Part shown: positions 27,197-39,125 of the stretch, piece by piece | Layout: every line of letters starts with the position of its first letter | How positions within the stretch are numbered: position 1 is the stretch's first letter | NCBI GenBank assembly: GCA_001662655.1 | Contig: KV460211.1 | Source: Pseudogymnoascus verrucosus | Lineage: Eukaryota | Strand: one strand, 5' to 3' | Length of the DNA: 64,000 nt | The notes under the pieces: model-generated | Told to the model about the DNA's origin: nothing | Databases searched by the model: none | Seen by the model: the letters and a program-made list of their open reading frames with translations, nothing else | Position numbers and translations under genes: made by a program

Positions 27197-27979
27197 CTAC
27201 ATCCCCTTCTTCCCCTTCCCCTTCCCCTTCTTCTCAAGCTTCCTTCTATCCGCCTCCAACTTCACAAAAACCTGCATCACAATCCCCAACTCAAACTCGA
27301 TCCCCCCGCCCCTAAGAATATCAAACACCATATCCGCCCTAAACCCCGGCCCCGTCATCCCATACCTCGCCAACGTCACGCCATCCCCATCCCATCCAAA
27401 CAGCGACCCGAGCAGCGTGCACGTCAGCCCCGTCGTCAGCCGCGGAGTGCTCCACACCACGTCGCGATTCACGACCGGCAGCCCCGGCACGATTTCCACC
27501 GCCAGCACCCCGTGCGAGTCCGTCATCCGGTGCCAGACTGCGCCGGCGCCGGCGGGTTCCCGCGTGCATACCGAGGCGAAGGTGGTGACGAAGGGGGGCA
27601 TGCGAGCTGCGGCGAGGGGGAAGGGGTCATGGAAGTCGAAGAGCTGGATGGCGGGGTCGGAGGCGGGGGAGGGCGAGATTTCGATGCGGTAGAGGGGGGT
27701 GGGGTCGGAGGTGAGGGAGAGGGTGTAGGTCGTGGGCGACGTGCGGGTGGCGAGGAAGTAGTCGTGTTGCTTGTCGGAGAGGGAGACGGTTTGGATGGGG
27801 CCGGCGAGGTTGTGGCGGGTGGTGCGGAGGATGGGTTGGGGGAGGTAGGTGGGGGGGTCTGTTGAGGGGGGGACGGGGGCGGTGGAGGCGGAGGCGGAGG
27901 TGGAGGGTGCGAGGGAGCTGGTGGAGGAGGCGGCGGGGGGGGGCACGCCGTAGGGCGAGTAGCCTGGGAGTTCGGACAT
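27197..27979 (-). CDS. Hypothetical protein (260 aa)
   Basis: ATG-initiated uninterrupted ORF with plausible composition, convergent with MOT1. No domain recognised. Confidence 0.65.
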   Translation of the reverse strand: MSELPGYSPYGVPPPAASSTSSLAPSTSASASTAPVPPSTDPPTYLPQPILRTTRHNLAGPIQTVSLSDKQHDYFLATRTSPTTYTLSLTSDPTPLYRIEISPSPASDPAIQLFDFHDPFPLAAARMPPFVTTFASVCTREPAGAGAVWHRMTDSHGVLAVEIVPGLPVVNRDVVWSTPRLTTGLTCTLLGSLFGWDGDGVTLARYGMTGPGFRADMVFDILRGGGIEFELGIVMQVFVKLEADRRKLEKKGKGKGKKGM

Positions 27980-29904
27980 GGTTGGGGGCTTGGGTGATGG
28001 GGATGGGAGGAAGGGGGAAGTTTAAATATTTGAGGTCACGGAGGTTGCGCGTATTTATGTGGTCTTTTGGATCCAAGACTTATGTAGCCTCGTCTATGCC
28101 CTACCTGCGACATAGCCTTGTTGTTGGCCCCCCCATGCCCCTCATCGCGGGCAGCCTTGTGCAACACAGACAGTCTAGGGACGCGGGGAGGTGGGGTCGA
28201 TATCTATTTATATATTGCTTAGGTAAGTAGAAGATGAGGTTATACTTTTAACATCGCGCACGTTTCCTATCAGATAGACACGGCATATTTGAATCAAATC
28301 GCTCGTATCACAAACATACTGTATGCCAAGTGTCATATTTGAAGGGTTTCTCAATTGAATTATCAATACCAATACCACTACCTACATCCACCTGCACATC
28401 CTCCTCCTACGAACTACCCTGCGCATCCCCCAGTAGCCGCAGGCCATCCAACCACCCAGGCATCATTTCCACCCTCCTAAAACCACCCAGTGATCCTCCC
28501 CGCTGCACAGCAGCGAGCCATAAAATAACCTCAAAACATCCCCGCGCATCCACGGAAAACCCGCGGCGCAAGCGCCGCGTCCCAGGGGCTTCCCGGCGAC
28601 GACCAGCGTCCGATGCTCTTTCTGTTCCGTTTAATCCCGTTTCATTCCGTTCCGTTTCGCTCCATCTCGCACTCCCCAATCATCCCTCTGCACATCGCGC
28701 GGAAGAGCCCCGAGAGAACGATGCCATGCAAAGCAGACGTGAGATCTCCGCGCGAGGAAGGGGGGTAGATAGGTACAGTACCACAAAGCCAGGGGGGATA
28801 AGGTAGGTCCGATAGTCCAAGCAGCACCAGGCTACCAGCAACCACGCGTCCTTTTTTCCTCCCTCTCTCCCGCACCCATTGCGGCCCGTCTATCTGCACG
28901 CAGAATAGAGCGAGCGGCGCTGGATGCGGTGGGAGAGGGAGGAGGTCGCGTGGATACCATCGCAGGAATCGATTCGCGCCGCTACCCGCAACGCGCCACG
29001 GGGCTGTATATCCCTTCTGCTGGAGAACTGGGACAGGGACAGGGGCCGTGGGCTTGTGCATCGCGGGGCGGCGCGGTGGTCGATCTCTACCTTTTTGTTT
29101 TGTCGGTTATTGGGGATCCCTCCCTTTGCGTGTGTATGTTTGTGCGAAAGACAGGCCGGGTCGTATGAGTCTATGCTCATTCGCGGTCCGGGGAGTCTGG
29201 AGCGAGTCGTTATCGCGAACGAGAAGCCAGGTGGGAAGCCAGAAGAAGAAATGAAAGTCTGTTTCCCAGAAACGTGTACTGTTGTTCCGGCCATAGTTGT
29301 AGTAAAAAAAATGTTGTTCCTGCGCATTGCTGCGTTGTACCTCCTCTCTTATAATGCATCGCTTTGACATGATATCCAAAAAAAACAAACCCATAAAAAA
29401 ATAAGCAAATAACAATCGACGAGAATAACAATCCTCCCAGTGTCCTGCCGGTAGATGCATGTGATGAATGGTCCAAGGGAAGTATAGTGGTGAGGCCGAG
29501 CTCGCGGTTGTTGTGTTTGAAGGAACTCCTCAGACGGGGAAAGGACGCAGCTGTGGTCGCTGCTCTAACGCCGAAATCCGAGAAATATAAACCCGCTGCG
29601 CTAAATATGGCCGAGATTGTTAAAAGAAAAGTGAGAGAAGAAAACAAAGGTTATTAGGTATGTTTGTAAAAGATGGTCTGTCGTTTGCTGAGTGGTGTGC
29701 TGTAGTCCGCTTTCGCAACGTAGAAAGAAGTTTAAAAAATGCTGCCCGGTTGTTCGTATATCAATAACAAAAATGCCGCTAAAGCTCGTTCGACTGTCGT
29801 GAATCTCGTGGGTGCCCGGTTTGCAACTGTTCTGCTAACTAATAGTAGTAGTGACCCGGCGAAGGGGTAGCATGTGCGTTCGCGTACATCTCGGGCTTTG
29901 GTTG

Positions 29905-30948
29905 TCACATCGACATGGCGTACTCCTGGTATCGATCCCATCCGTTTCCGAAGCTATTGAAGCCAACGCTGACACCACAGGGTTGCGGCGCAAGCATGCT
30001 TGGTAACGGCAGATGCGGGATGGGCGAGCTGACGGGCGGTTGAGGAAAGTACATCCCTGACGTCGTCGTGTAGGGCTGGCTGAAGGAAGGCGCGGGCGAC
30101 GGCAGCTGGAAGTTATCTCCCATGCTCATGCTCGCCCACAGCGTATTGCTGTCGACGGATGAGGTTGTGCTTGGGCTTGATGGGAGCATCCTCCAGACAT
30201 CCGATGGCGCGGGCACCGGGTTTTGCAGCATCGGCTGCGACTGTGTCCACCAGCCACCTCCAGACACCGAACTTGGAAGGAGCGTCTGAGGCCTGATGAC
30301 GTCCACGACCCTTGGTGGGGGAGGAAGGAGCGGAAGGAACAAGTTCATGATGTTGTTCTTGACCTCTTCGCTCTTTCCGCACAACAGCTCGCCGGCACCT
30401 TCCTCTTCCAGACCTTCCAGCGCAATCACATTCGTCCTATATACGAACTTGTTGATGGCCTGGATGAATTCCTCGTGCAGCTTCTTGACCTGAAGTTCCT
30501 TTTCTAACCAGTTGTACGTGCTGGCGGCGATGTCGACGCAGTGGATTTCCTTGTGGTACTCGATCAGGGCCTCTATCGAGTCAGGTGTTAACTTGAATGC
30601 GACCTCATTCCGGAGCACCATGTCGACGTGCACGATGTAGGCCTCGATATGGACGAGCTGGAAGTTGAAGAGTGCTTCTATCAACGGGTTAGAGTCCTTG
30701 CGCAACTCCGAGTCCGGCGCCTTGGGCAACATGATTGAGGTCAGAGTCCATATCGCATTTGTCGACGACAGTGTTTCCGTTAAACATCTCTGGTGCTGAG
30801 GGACGCTGTTGAGCGGGCGCTTGATCCGGTTTATCCTCTTGAGGGTTTGTGTTAACCACGGCTCTACTTTCGATCCTAAAACTACATTGACTGATGAGGC
30901 TCGCGGCGCAAAGGCAGCCGCCGAAGCGGGTAGGAGCTGAGGAGGCAT
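29905..30948 (-). CDS. Conserved fungal protein of unknown function (347 aa)
   Basis: Single ORF with a globular N-terminal region (LLPASAAAFAPRAS...VEPWLTQTLKRINR...EAYIVHVDMV...LEGLEEEGAGELL) that resembles uncharacterised Pezizomycotina proteins, followed by a Pro/Ser-rich tail. Confidence 0.8.
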   Translation of the reverse strand: MPPQLLPASAAAFAPRASSVNVVLGSKVEPWLTQTLKRINRIKRPLNSVPQHQRCLTETLSSTNAIWTLTSIMLPKAPDSELRKDSNPLIEALFNFQLVHIEAYIVHVDMVLRNEVAFKLTPDSIEALIEYHKEIHCVDIAASTYNWLEKELQVKKLHEEFIQAINKFVYRTNVIALEGLEEEGAGELLCGKSEEVKNNIMNLFLPLLPPPPRVVDVIRPQTLLPSSVSGGGWWTQSQPMLQNPVPAPSDVWRMLPSSPSTTSSVDSNTLWASMSMGDNFQLPSPAPSFSQPYTTTSGMYFPQPPVSSPIPHLPLPSMLAPQPCGVSVGFNSFGNGWDRYQEYAMSM

Positions 30949-33900
30949 CTGAGACAGTGACGATGAGGCTTGGCGGGAATAACGTTTTGAGTTTCTGTTG
31001 AGGGGGGAACCAGGATCTTGTCGGTGGGGTGTGGGACGGTATTAAGACAGTGAGGCCAAGATATACGAAGAGGGAGGGCGAGGCAGTGTGGCGGACTCTC
31101 CGGATCGTTGGGAATTAGTTGGGCCAAACCGCACAGCGACGTTGGACGATGTTGGACGACGATGGGAGCTGAGGAAAGCGGGCGTTTATGACGAGCACAC
31201 CAATGAAGACAGGAAAAAGAGGGAGGGAGAAGGCGGAGTATTTCAAAGAGAGGCGAAGGAGGACGGGAAGGTGGCCGAGAGGGGAAGAGAGAGGTGACCA
31301 GAAGAAGAGTGAGGTAGAGAGGTAGGAGGGGGAAGAGGAGGAGGAAGAGGAGAGGATGAAGAGGGAGTGAGTGAAAGAAGAGAAGGGCGAAAGAGAGAAA
31401 GGGAGAAAGAGTTTGGCTGGCGACTACTGCACGACCGGAAGTAGTGTGCAGTAGGAGGAGGAGGGTCAGCGCTCACATCGGCTCGCACACAGTCATACTT
31501 TCACTCCGCTTCTCGGTATGGATTTCTATAGATGGCATACGTTGCATATGGCATACATGAAAAGACAAGGAAGACATGCAAGGTATACATGGCATATACA
31601 GGGACCGACTATAGAGCATCAGGTACATGCTATACCAGGAATACTTCAAATACATACAGAACGGATCTGTATCTAGCTGAGAAGGAAGGGAGGGGGGGGG
31701 AGAGGCGGCCAAAGGGAGTAAGAGGCGGTTGAATTGGGTTGTTGTGTGGTCAGAAAGAGTGGAAGTGGGAGGGCAGAGACTCGGAAGTGGGAACCTGCCT
31801 CCAGTTGACAGGGAAGGGGGGGAAAAGTGAAAAGGGTCCATGGGCCTTGGACCCATGTACAAAGTATGTTCGCAAGCATGTATCGGAAGTACCGAGAAAA
31901 CACTAAACAGTGGCGATTGTAGTACATTTAGGAACTTTCGGTACTTCCGAGAAATGTTCCAAGCCACACCCAACGCATATCCCACGAACAGAAACGAAGA
32001 CGACACCCAGCTACGCCTACCACCACACCCACCAAAACCCCAAGAAATACTGAAAAGACCGTCAGTGCATGTCAGTGCATGCCAGTGCATCGGTACAAGT
32101 CGATTAGCGGAATCTATAACTAGAAAGGTAGGGCTTCCAGGGCTTCCTGGGACTTCCAAGGCTTCCATGACGACGAGCATGACGGTCAGGGTTGGTACCT
32201 ACCAACACACCAACTTACCAGCGAGATGGTAAGTACATGTTGTGCGTTGGGTTGGTGGGCTAACATCATCGCCGTCGCCGTCGCCGAGAACGGGCAGTCT
32301 GCCTGCGTCTGAAAGCATCTATAGTTTATTACTACACCGCATCATATTATAACTGCCTAACCATCATTGCTGCACTCACTGCGCACTTCACGGCGCCCTC
32401 ACCGCACTCTTCCAAGGAAACAGCTTCAGACTAGCAAGACGGCGTCTCTTCAATCCACTGAACTACAACCCACAGATCACACCAGAGCCCGTACTCTCGC
32501 CCGCTTCCCTTCAACGGCCATCACCGCTCCACTAAACACTCTAAACAACCACCCGGAACCGGCGACTCCATCTCCATCTCTATTCCCATCCCCAACTCCA
32601 GGGCTGTGCATGCATGCAGCAACCACCCACACAAGCAGCCCTCCACTCTCACTGCCGCACCCAAAACCCGCACAAAGGCCGCACACGCACGCATGATGCA
32701 TATTACATGCCACCGACACATGCCACCGACCCAGAGGAAGGCCGCCATCGCAACCCCAAACCGACAAGGCGCGAGAAATGCAGACCATGGCCGCCTCGTC
32801 ATCGCCGCCACTCACCAGGACGAACGGCGACGCCCGACTCAACCCCGAACAGAGAGAGTTACGAAGAGATGCAGTTAATGCGCCCCACTGCCGTCTCTCG
32901 TTGAACTGATCGGCTATCCCAGGCTTAAGAAGGCACCCGTCATTTCCTCACTGCAGCTGAAATCTCCAGTGCAGACCACTCACTCTCTCCAGCTGCCTCC
33001 TACCTCCTGACTTCTGACATCCGCGCAAGACAGTCAGCCCCTCCATACCGTATCATCGTGAAAGTAGCCCCCGAGGTACAGTACTGTACTCTACGTACGA
33101 ACCCCCAGGGTCTGATAGGCGCGCTACAAGCAAATGGCAGATATCTCTCATCCCAACGCCCGCCGACCCTCACTCCTGTCTCTCCTTACCCGTTCCTTCC
33201 ATCCCGAGAACGACAAGAGTGGCCAGAACGAGCGAAACCCTCGGGATGCATCATCCTATATGAACTACACGAATATCACCTTTCCCATCCTCCACCCAGG
33301 TCCCTCTCTACCACAATCCCCCCACCACCCTCTCCACCTTCCATCCACCCCCTGGCGACGAATCACAGCCCTAAAGCCGCAAATCGCAGAATTCCATGGC
33401 CCCAACTGGCCCGAGCGCCCAACGAATCAGCGCGCGTAGACGCCTCCCGCTCAACCACACCACTCAGCTGACGCCGGACCTACTCCATCCACCTTTCCCT
33501 CCCCAACCCCTCTCGTCCTCTCGTTGCACGATCACCGCCGAACCACCAGCCGGGATACCGCTCTCCACCCCGAGCCGTCTCGAAGGGCTCGAGACGGTCC
33601 GCTGATGGGGGCAGGAAAGGCGCGACAGGCGCGGGAAATGGGACATTGGATGGGGATATGCAGGGGCTTCTAGATGTGGACAACGACGATGGCTGGGAGG
33701 AAGCTGAGCTGAGCTGAGCTGAGCTTGGAGGATGGGAGATAGGGAATGGAATGGAGGGGGACAGACGCGCACACGACGCGCGGATACGAGGACACCACCA
33801 CTACCACCATCAAGACGACAAGCAGCATCTGGATCGCACACCCACAGTGCGACCAAGCTCCCTGCGCGTCATGTCGGCGCTCCCATCTCTGGTCGGTCCT

Positions 33901-35528
33901 GCAGCGACCAGCCAGGAGGTTACCCACCCCTTTCAGGGCATTAGCATCACATCTGGAGATATCGTGCATGCAGAACCTGCAGAGGCACGACTCGATCCCC
34001 GCGCCTGCAGGCGAAACGCCAGATGTTATGCGAGTGCTGAGCGCGGAGGGGAGCCGTGGTGCCGGTGGTGCGGGGAGGGGGTTCTATAGCTTGATATGGC
34101 CCGTTTGAGGGGGTCGAGATCGAGGAGCGCGGGTATGTGAGGGTTGGTAGATGGGGGGTTGGGATGGGTTTGCCGCCGCGACTGGAGAGGGGAGGGGGTG
34201 TTGTAGGAGAGCTGTCGTTGATGGGAAACGGGGAGGGGGGTGAGGAGCTCAGGGGGGCTGGTAGATGGACTGATATTGTGGGATCGGATGGTGGTGGATG
34301 GGAAGGAGGGGTTTTCGAAGCGACGATGAGCTTGATGTCTTGGTTCTGATCCAGACGGTAGGTACCCCTGACTGCTGTATCTGTCCCCATTGCTCTGACC
34401 GATTCTCCCGATATCTACACCACAGTACATCCCCCCGTACTACCCCGTACCCTCCTATCCCACCCATCCCCCCTAGAACCTCAAAACCCTCACCTCACAT
34501 CCAATCCACACCTATCGAGCTCATTCCATTAAACTCATCCCATCCAATCCCTCCCAACCCGCCAAAACCAAGACAAGACCCAAACACCAACCCACCAAAC
34601 TACTCTACCCGTCACCAACGCCCCGTCCCGTACCTCGTTATTGCCACACGTTATAGAACAACTCGACACAACGCACTTAGCTCCAGCATAACTTGGACTT
34701 GGCATACAACGCACTCGCCACACACGCCTCACTTTTCTTGCAACAAACCCTGTGGCGCGTGCATATGTAAGTACACCACATAAACGTCGTCGTATACATC
34801 GAGGCGCAGCACTTGCACAGCCACTGCACGTGACTTTCCTCCTGCAACTATCACATTCCTGAACTTGCCTGCTACCAAAAGCCTAAACTCAGATCGTATA
34901 GTTGCACCGAAGCCCTGGAATTCCTGTTTCCTCGCCTCACCTCGGGCCTAACTGGCCCAACCCTGCAAGACTGCAAGACCCAACCCTGAAACCCAATGGG
35001 GCAGATCTGACGCATCACGCGCCCGGCACCACATGATCGCGCGTGCGTGTGAGTTGGACTCGGTCATGCGCTCGCTCCGCTGCTGCTGCTGCTGCCGCGG
35101 TTCAGCTGGGGAAGGGGGGTAGGCGCGGCGGTGAGCTGGGGGTTGGAATGTTTGAGGGTCGTATGACGTTGGTGAGGGTACTGTCGGGTGGGCGGTGAGG
35201 TAGGGGGTCGGGCCGGGGCGTTGGTGGGGGGGAAGGGGGTAAGGGTCGGTCGGTCGGTCCGAGGGGTTGGGTTGGGGGTGGTGAGGGTGTTGGGTTGAAG
35301 GTTGGAGGAAGGTGGGAGTCGTGGGGGTGTGGGTGGGAGGATGGTGTTGGTGGGGGTTGGAGTTGGAGGTAAGGGGGGGGGTTAGGGGTTGAGGGCTAGA
35401 CTTCAATGATTGAGGACGAGAAGGGATTGAGAAAAAGTAAGATGTTCATCACAGTAAACATTTCGTAGCAACCAGTGTTAAGTAGCTATGCATCTATCTA
35501 TCTCCTTTTCAAACCCCCTCCTCCTTTT

Positions 35529-37907
35529 TCACACCTTCACATTCTCCTTCCCCCCCAGCGGCGGCGCCGTCACCACCCCCAAACTCTCCGCCCTCCCACC
35601 CCTCAACTCACTCAACACCTTCTCTCCCCCCTCCATCCTCCCAATCCCCATAGCCAACACCGTATTCTCCCTCTGCAACTCCCCGACCTGGCGCCTCAAC
35701 AACTCCCTCTCCACTCTAAGCACCTGGACCTCCCTCTCCGCCTCCCCTTCCCCCTTCCCCTTCGCGACTTTCGCTTCCTCCCTCGTTCGCCGCCTCTCAA
35801 CCCTCTCAACCTCCCTCTCTAACCTGCTCTCTTCCCTCGCGAGATCACGCAAGTATCTCTCCTCCGCTTTCCGTAGTTTTTCGCCTTCCCCCTCTTTCCT
35901 CCTCACCTTCTCAACTTTCTCCACCAACCTCCTCTTCCTCTCCCTAAACTTCCCCTCCTCTTTCTCAATCGCAGCCGCTGCCCGCCGCCTCGCCCGCAAC
36001 AGCCCCGCATCCTCCACCACCAACGACGACGACGAGCTCGGTCGCGGCGGCACCGTCCGAATCGCCGGATCGGGTAACACAGCGGACTCTTCGCTGCTCG
36101 ATGGGCCCAATGGTGCGGGGACTCCATATACAGGCGGCACGGACGCTGCATCCACGAACGCTGCATCCGCGCTCTCGTCTGCGTCGTCGAAACTTCCCCG
36201 TTCTCGTGCACTCTCAAAAGACATATAAGACCCCCCTGACGGACTCCCCAAATCCGTCCCTCCCTCCCCCTCCCCCTCCCCCTCCCCCTCCTCCTCTGAC
36301 GAAGAGCTAGAAGAAGTGCTATACCTCCTCTCCCTTGCCTGCGCATGTGGCAGCACAGCCGCGTAGCCAGCAGAGGGGAGGAAATTCGAAATTGCTGATG
36401 CGGCATTGGTGACCATGCTCAGGACGCCCCTATTGTTCTGCTCGGGGGGGGAGAGCGAGGCGGTTGTGATGGGGGGGGTATAGTGTTCGTTTGGTGGGGG
36501 GTCGCGCACGCCGTCTAGACCGGCGAGGTGCCCGTTGGTTTGGAACTCGCGGAGGGATATCTCGGTTGATGCGCGATGAGGTGGATGTGGATGTGGATGT
36601 GCGCGCGGCGTCGGGGGAGGGCGCGGTCGCGGTTCCTCGCCTGGGACGGCAGGATGTTCGATTTCAGTTTCGCTCTCCTCGGGACTCTCATTAGTAGCAG
36701 TATCAACACGCGGGGGGACTTCGTCGCCAGCGACATCGAGGGCGGCAGAGCACGCCCAGTTCAAGAATTTCGCAGCATCAGCGACGATGCTCCCTGGTGT
36801 GCCTCGCTCAACCATGAAGCGTGGAACCGAGCCGCCGGGGTCGGAGCGCGTCAGCATTATCCACTCGACGGGGTTGCGTTCCGGGTCGTCGGCTGGGATG
36901 TCGTGGTACTCCCCCTTTGCGTCTACGCCGCGCGAGCCGGCGAAGGAGATGGTGTGACCGCGCTGGCGGCGGTCTTCGCTGGGTGTGCGGGTTGGGGTGT
37001 GGCCTGGTGCGGGGCAGGGGCCAGGGTGGGAGGAGTTTGCGTTGCGGAGGACGGCGGAGCGGTTGAGGCTTGAGGCTTGGGATTCTGCTCTCTTGCGTGA
37101 TTTGGCGGGTTGGCTGGCGGCGGTGAGGTCGTTCATTGAGGCGGATTTGGTGGGGGTGGGGAGCACGGGGACTTCCCGGATGAATTCGACGCTTTGGTAT
37201 TGTCCTCTTATAAAACCATCTCGCACCGGCGTCTGCGGGTGTATACACGGTTTACTCACGATCATGAATTGTCGAGGCCCGCCCTCCTCCCTCCTCTCGG
37301 TGGTCATTAACATCGTCACAAAGTCCCGCGGTGTCGTTGGCCCGGGGAATTGCGCGCTGAGATGATATACCTCCATCTTTCCCCCTCCCGCTTCTCGACA
37401 CTCGACGCAACGTTCCCCGCCAATGCCGCGGATGTTACCAACCCCGGGTCCGCCATGTATCTTCATCGTCTCCGGGAACTCCTGTTGCAATGCGCGTTTC
37501 CAGCGCTCGAAGCCCAGTCCACAATGTACGCTGCGGCGCGCGAACCAGGCGCCCTTTCCATCCGTGCCGGCGAGCTTATAGACGGACATCCCCAGGGGAT
37601 TATCCTTTGCCGCGAGGCGAAGTGGTTTTCCCCATGCTTTCTGGAGTTTTGAGACATCCGGGGGCGGGGAGTCAGGGCGCGCGGAGGAGAGTGTGATTTC
37701 GGAAGCGGAGCTGGCGATGGATGTTGTTGTTGAGGAGCGCGGGCGGGTGGGGAGGGAATCGGTAGCGGGGAGGGGAATGGAGTCGATGAGGAGCTGGGAG
37801 GTGTCGAAGGTGGTGTTTAGGAAGGTTTCGAGGTCGGTGGGGGATTGGGGGACGGTGATGGCGTCGATGGGGGAGAGGGTTTGGAGGGCGTCTTGTAGAG
37901 CTGCCAT
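35529..37907 (-). CDS. DUF3074 (START/SRPBCC-like) domain protein with C-terminal coiled coil
   Basis: WFARRSVH, YHLSAQFPGPTTPRDFVTML, FIRGQYQSVEFIRE and NPVEWIMLTRSDPGGSVPRFMVERGTP. The first ATG is at 37907. Confidence 0.8.
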   Translation of the reverse strand: MAALQDALQTLSPIDAITVPQSPTDLETFLNTTFDTSQLLIDSIPLPATDSLPTRPRSSTTTSIASSASEITLSSARPDSPPPDVSKLQKAWGKPLRLAAKDNPLGMSVYKLAGTDGKGAWFARRSVHCGLGFERWKRALQQEFPETMKIHGGPGVGNIRGIGGERCVECREAGGGKMEVYHLSAQFPGPTTPRDFVTMLMTTERREEGGPRQFMIVSKPCIHPQTPVRDGFIRGQYQSVEFIREVPVLPTPTKSASMNDLTAASQPAKSRKRAESQASSLNRSAVLRNANSSHPGPCPAPGHTPTRTPSEDRRQRGHTISFAGSRGVDAKGEYHDIPADDPERNPVEWIMLTRSDPGGSVPRFMVERGTPGSIVADAAKFLNWACSAALDVAGDEVPPRVDTATNESPEESETEIEHPAVPGEEPRPRPPPTPRAHPHPHPPHRASTEISLREFQTNGHLAGLDGVRDPPPNEHYTPPITTASLSPPEQNNRGVLSMVTNAASAISNFLPSAGYAAVLPHAQARERRYSTSSSSSSEEEGEGEGEGEGGTDLGSPSGGSYMSFESARERGSFDDADESADAAFVDAASVPPVYGVPAPLGPSSSEESAVLPDPAIRTVPPRPSSSSSLVVEDAGLLRARRRAAAAIEKEEGKFRERKRRLVEKVEKVRRKEGEGEKLRKAEERYLRDLAREESRLEREVERVERRRTREEAKVAKGKGEGEAEREVQVLRVERELLRRQVGELQRENTVLAMGIGRMEGGEKVLSELRGGRAESLGVVTAPPLGGKENVKV

Positions 37908-38699
37908 ACCGACGATTGGCACTCTCTGGTGAGTTCCTGGGTGCGCAGTTGGGGATTCAATTTAGATTCCTCCTATGTCTTATGTCGCGGAGACGAATTG
38001 TTGGCTGGCCGGCCGTTTGGAAACGCCGTAGCTTCCGTTCGTATATATGACGTCGATATATGCTCCGATTGCCCTTCTTGGTACAGCGCGCGCTCGCGGT
38101 TTACTCAGTTCATTCATTCAAACTGCACCAATTCCAGCGCGCGCAACTTTTGTAAACAATCTGGGATATTTAACATTCTAGCTGCCGAGGCGTAGGAGAG
38201 AACAGGTATTGTAGGATTCTATATCGTCATCTTGGGGATGTTGATGGAACAATCACAGGTTGAACCCCACGCGAGCAAGGGTACGTATCCAAGGCGGGGT
38301 GGTAGTCAATTTGCTGATCGGGGGACCAACCACAATCCGATAAGGAGCCGTAGGACCCTAACTTTCATACTTGTACGCGGAATATCATACTCTTATACGC
38401 GGAGTATTTATTTATCTCCTCTGTTTCCTTAATTGTCAGCACAATCGTCCGACGGCCTTAAAAAGTGGCATAATCAAACCGTACTCTACAAACTAATAGA
38501 GCTTGCCCTATGCCTAATACGAATTCGGAAATAGTTTGCCTAGTTTTAAGACTTAATATAAGAATATCCTAGTTACAGTACTGTCTCTACTTACACAAAC
38601 CCCGCTTCACCCCTAAAGGCAGTAAGGGGCTTAGATTACAAAATATGCCTATTAACACGATTGAGGCTATTGTCTAGGTATTAAAAAAATAAATCAAAA

Positions 38700-38762
38700 A
38701 CATGCAATAGTCGGTATTCGCTAGTAGTCACCCACCTAACTAATAATCCACCGATCTCAAGC
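38700..38762 (-). pseudogene. Truncated 5S rRNA pseudogene (3' half only) with RIP-like transitions
   Basis: Aligns with 53898-53960 and ends abruptly after GATCTCAAGC. Differences include aacag>aatag, ctggtgg>ctagtag and cccaac>cctaac. Confidence 0.85.
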
Positions 38763-38946
38763 AACCACTTGCTTTTTATTTCAGTCGGTGACATCTGGCC
38801 TAGCGGATGAGCGCCTTGCCGCCTTAAGGGGTGAAGCGAGGGTAAGTAGGGTGAGCAGGCTGCGCATCCACGGATCTACGCTAGGACCGCTCTGATAATA
38901 GTGTCCTGTGGCTACTACAGGGCTAAATTGTAAGCCTCAAGGTAGC

Positions 38947-38977
38947 TACATAGTGATTGCTTAGCAATCACTATGTA
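38947..38977. repeat. Perfect 15-bp-arm palindrome
   Basis: TACATAGTGATTGCT-T-AGCAATCACTATGTA. Confidence 0.9.
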
Positions 38978-39125
38978 AGTCACTAGTACAAAATGTTAAA
39001 AAGGTCACCACTTTTCTTGTTTGGGAGTTATTGCTTCCCTTCTTTATCGCTTCAACACATCGTTCCATCCCATGCCATTGAACTGGTCTACTTGGGTTTT
39101 ATTGTGACGCCATCCGTTTAGCCCG

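Noticed and set aside
31000..35450. Many overlapping 60-235 aa ORFs
   Set aside because: Low-complexity Pro/His/Gly translations, typical of GC-rich skewed non-coding DNA. No motifs recognised.
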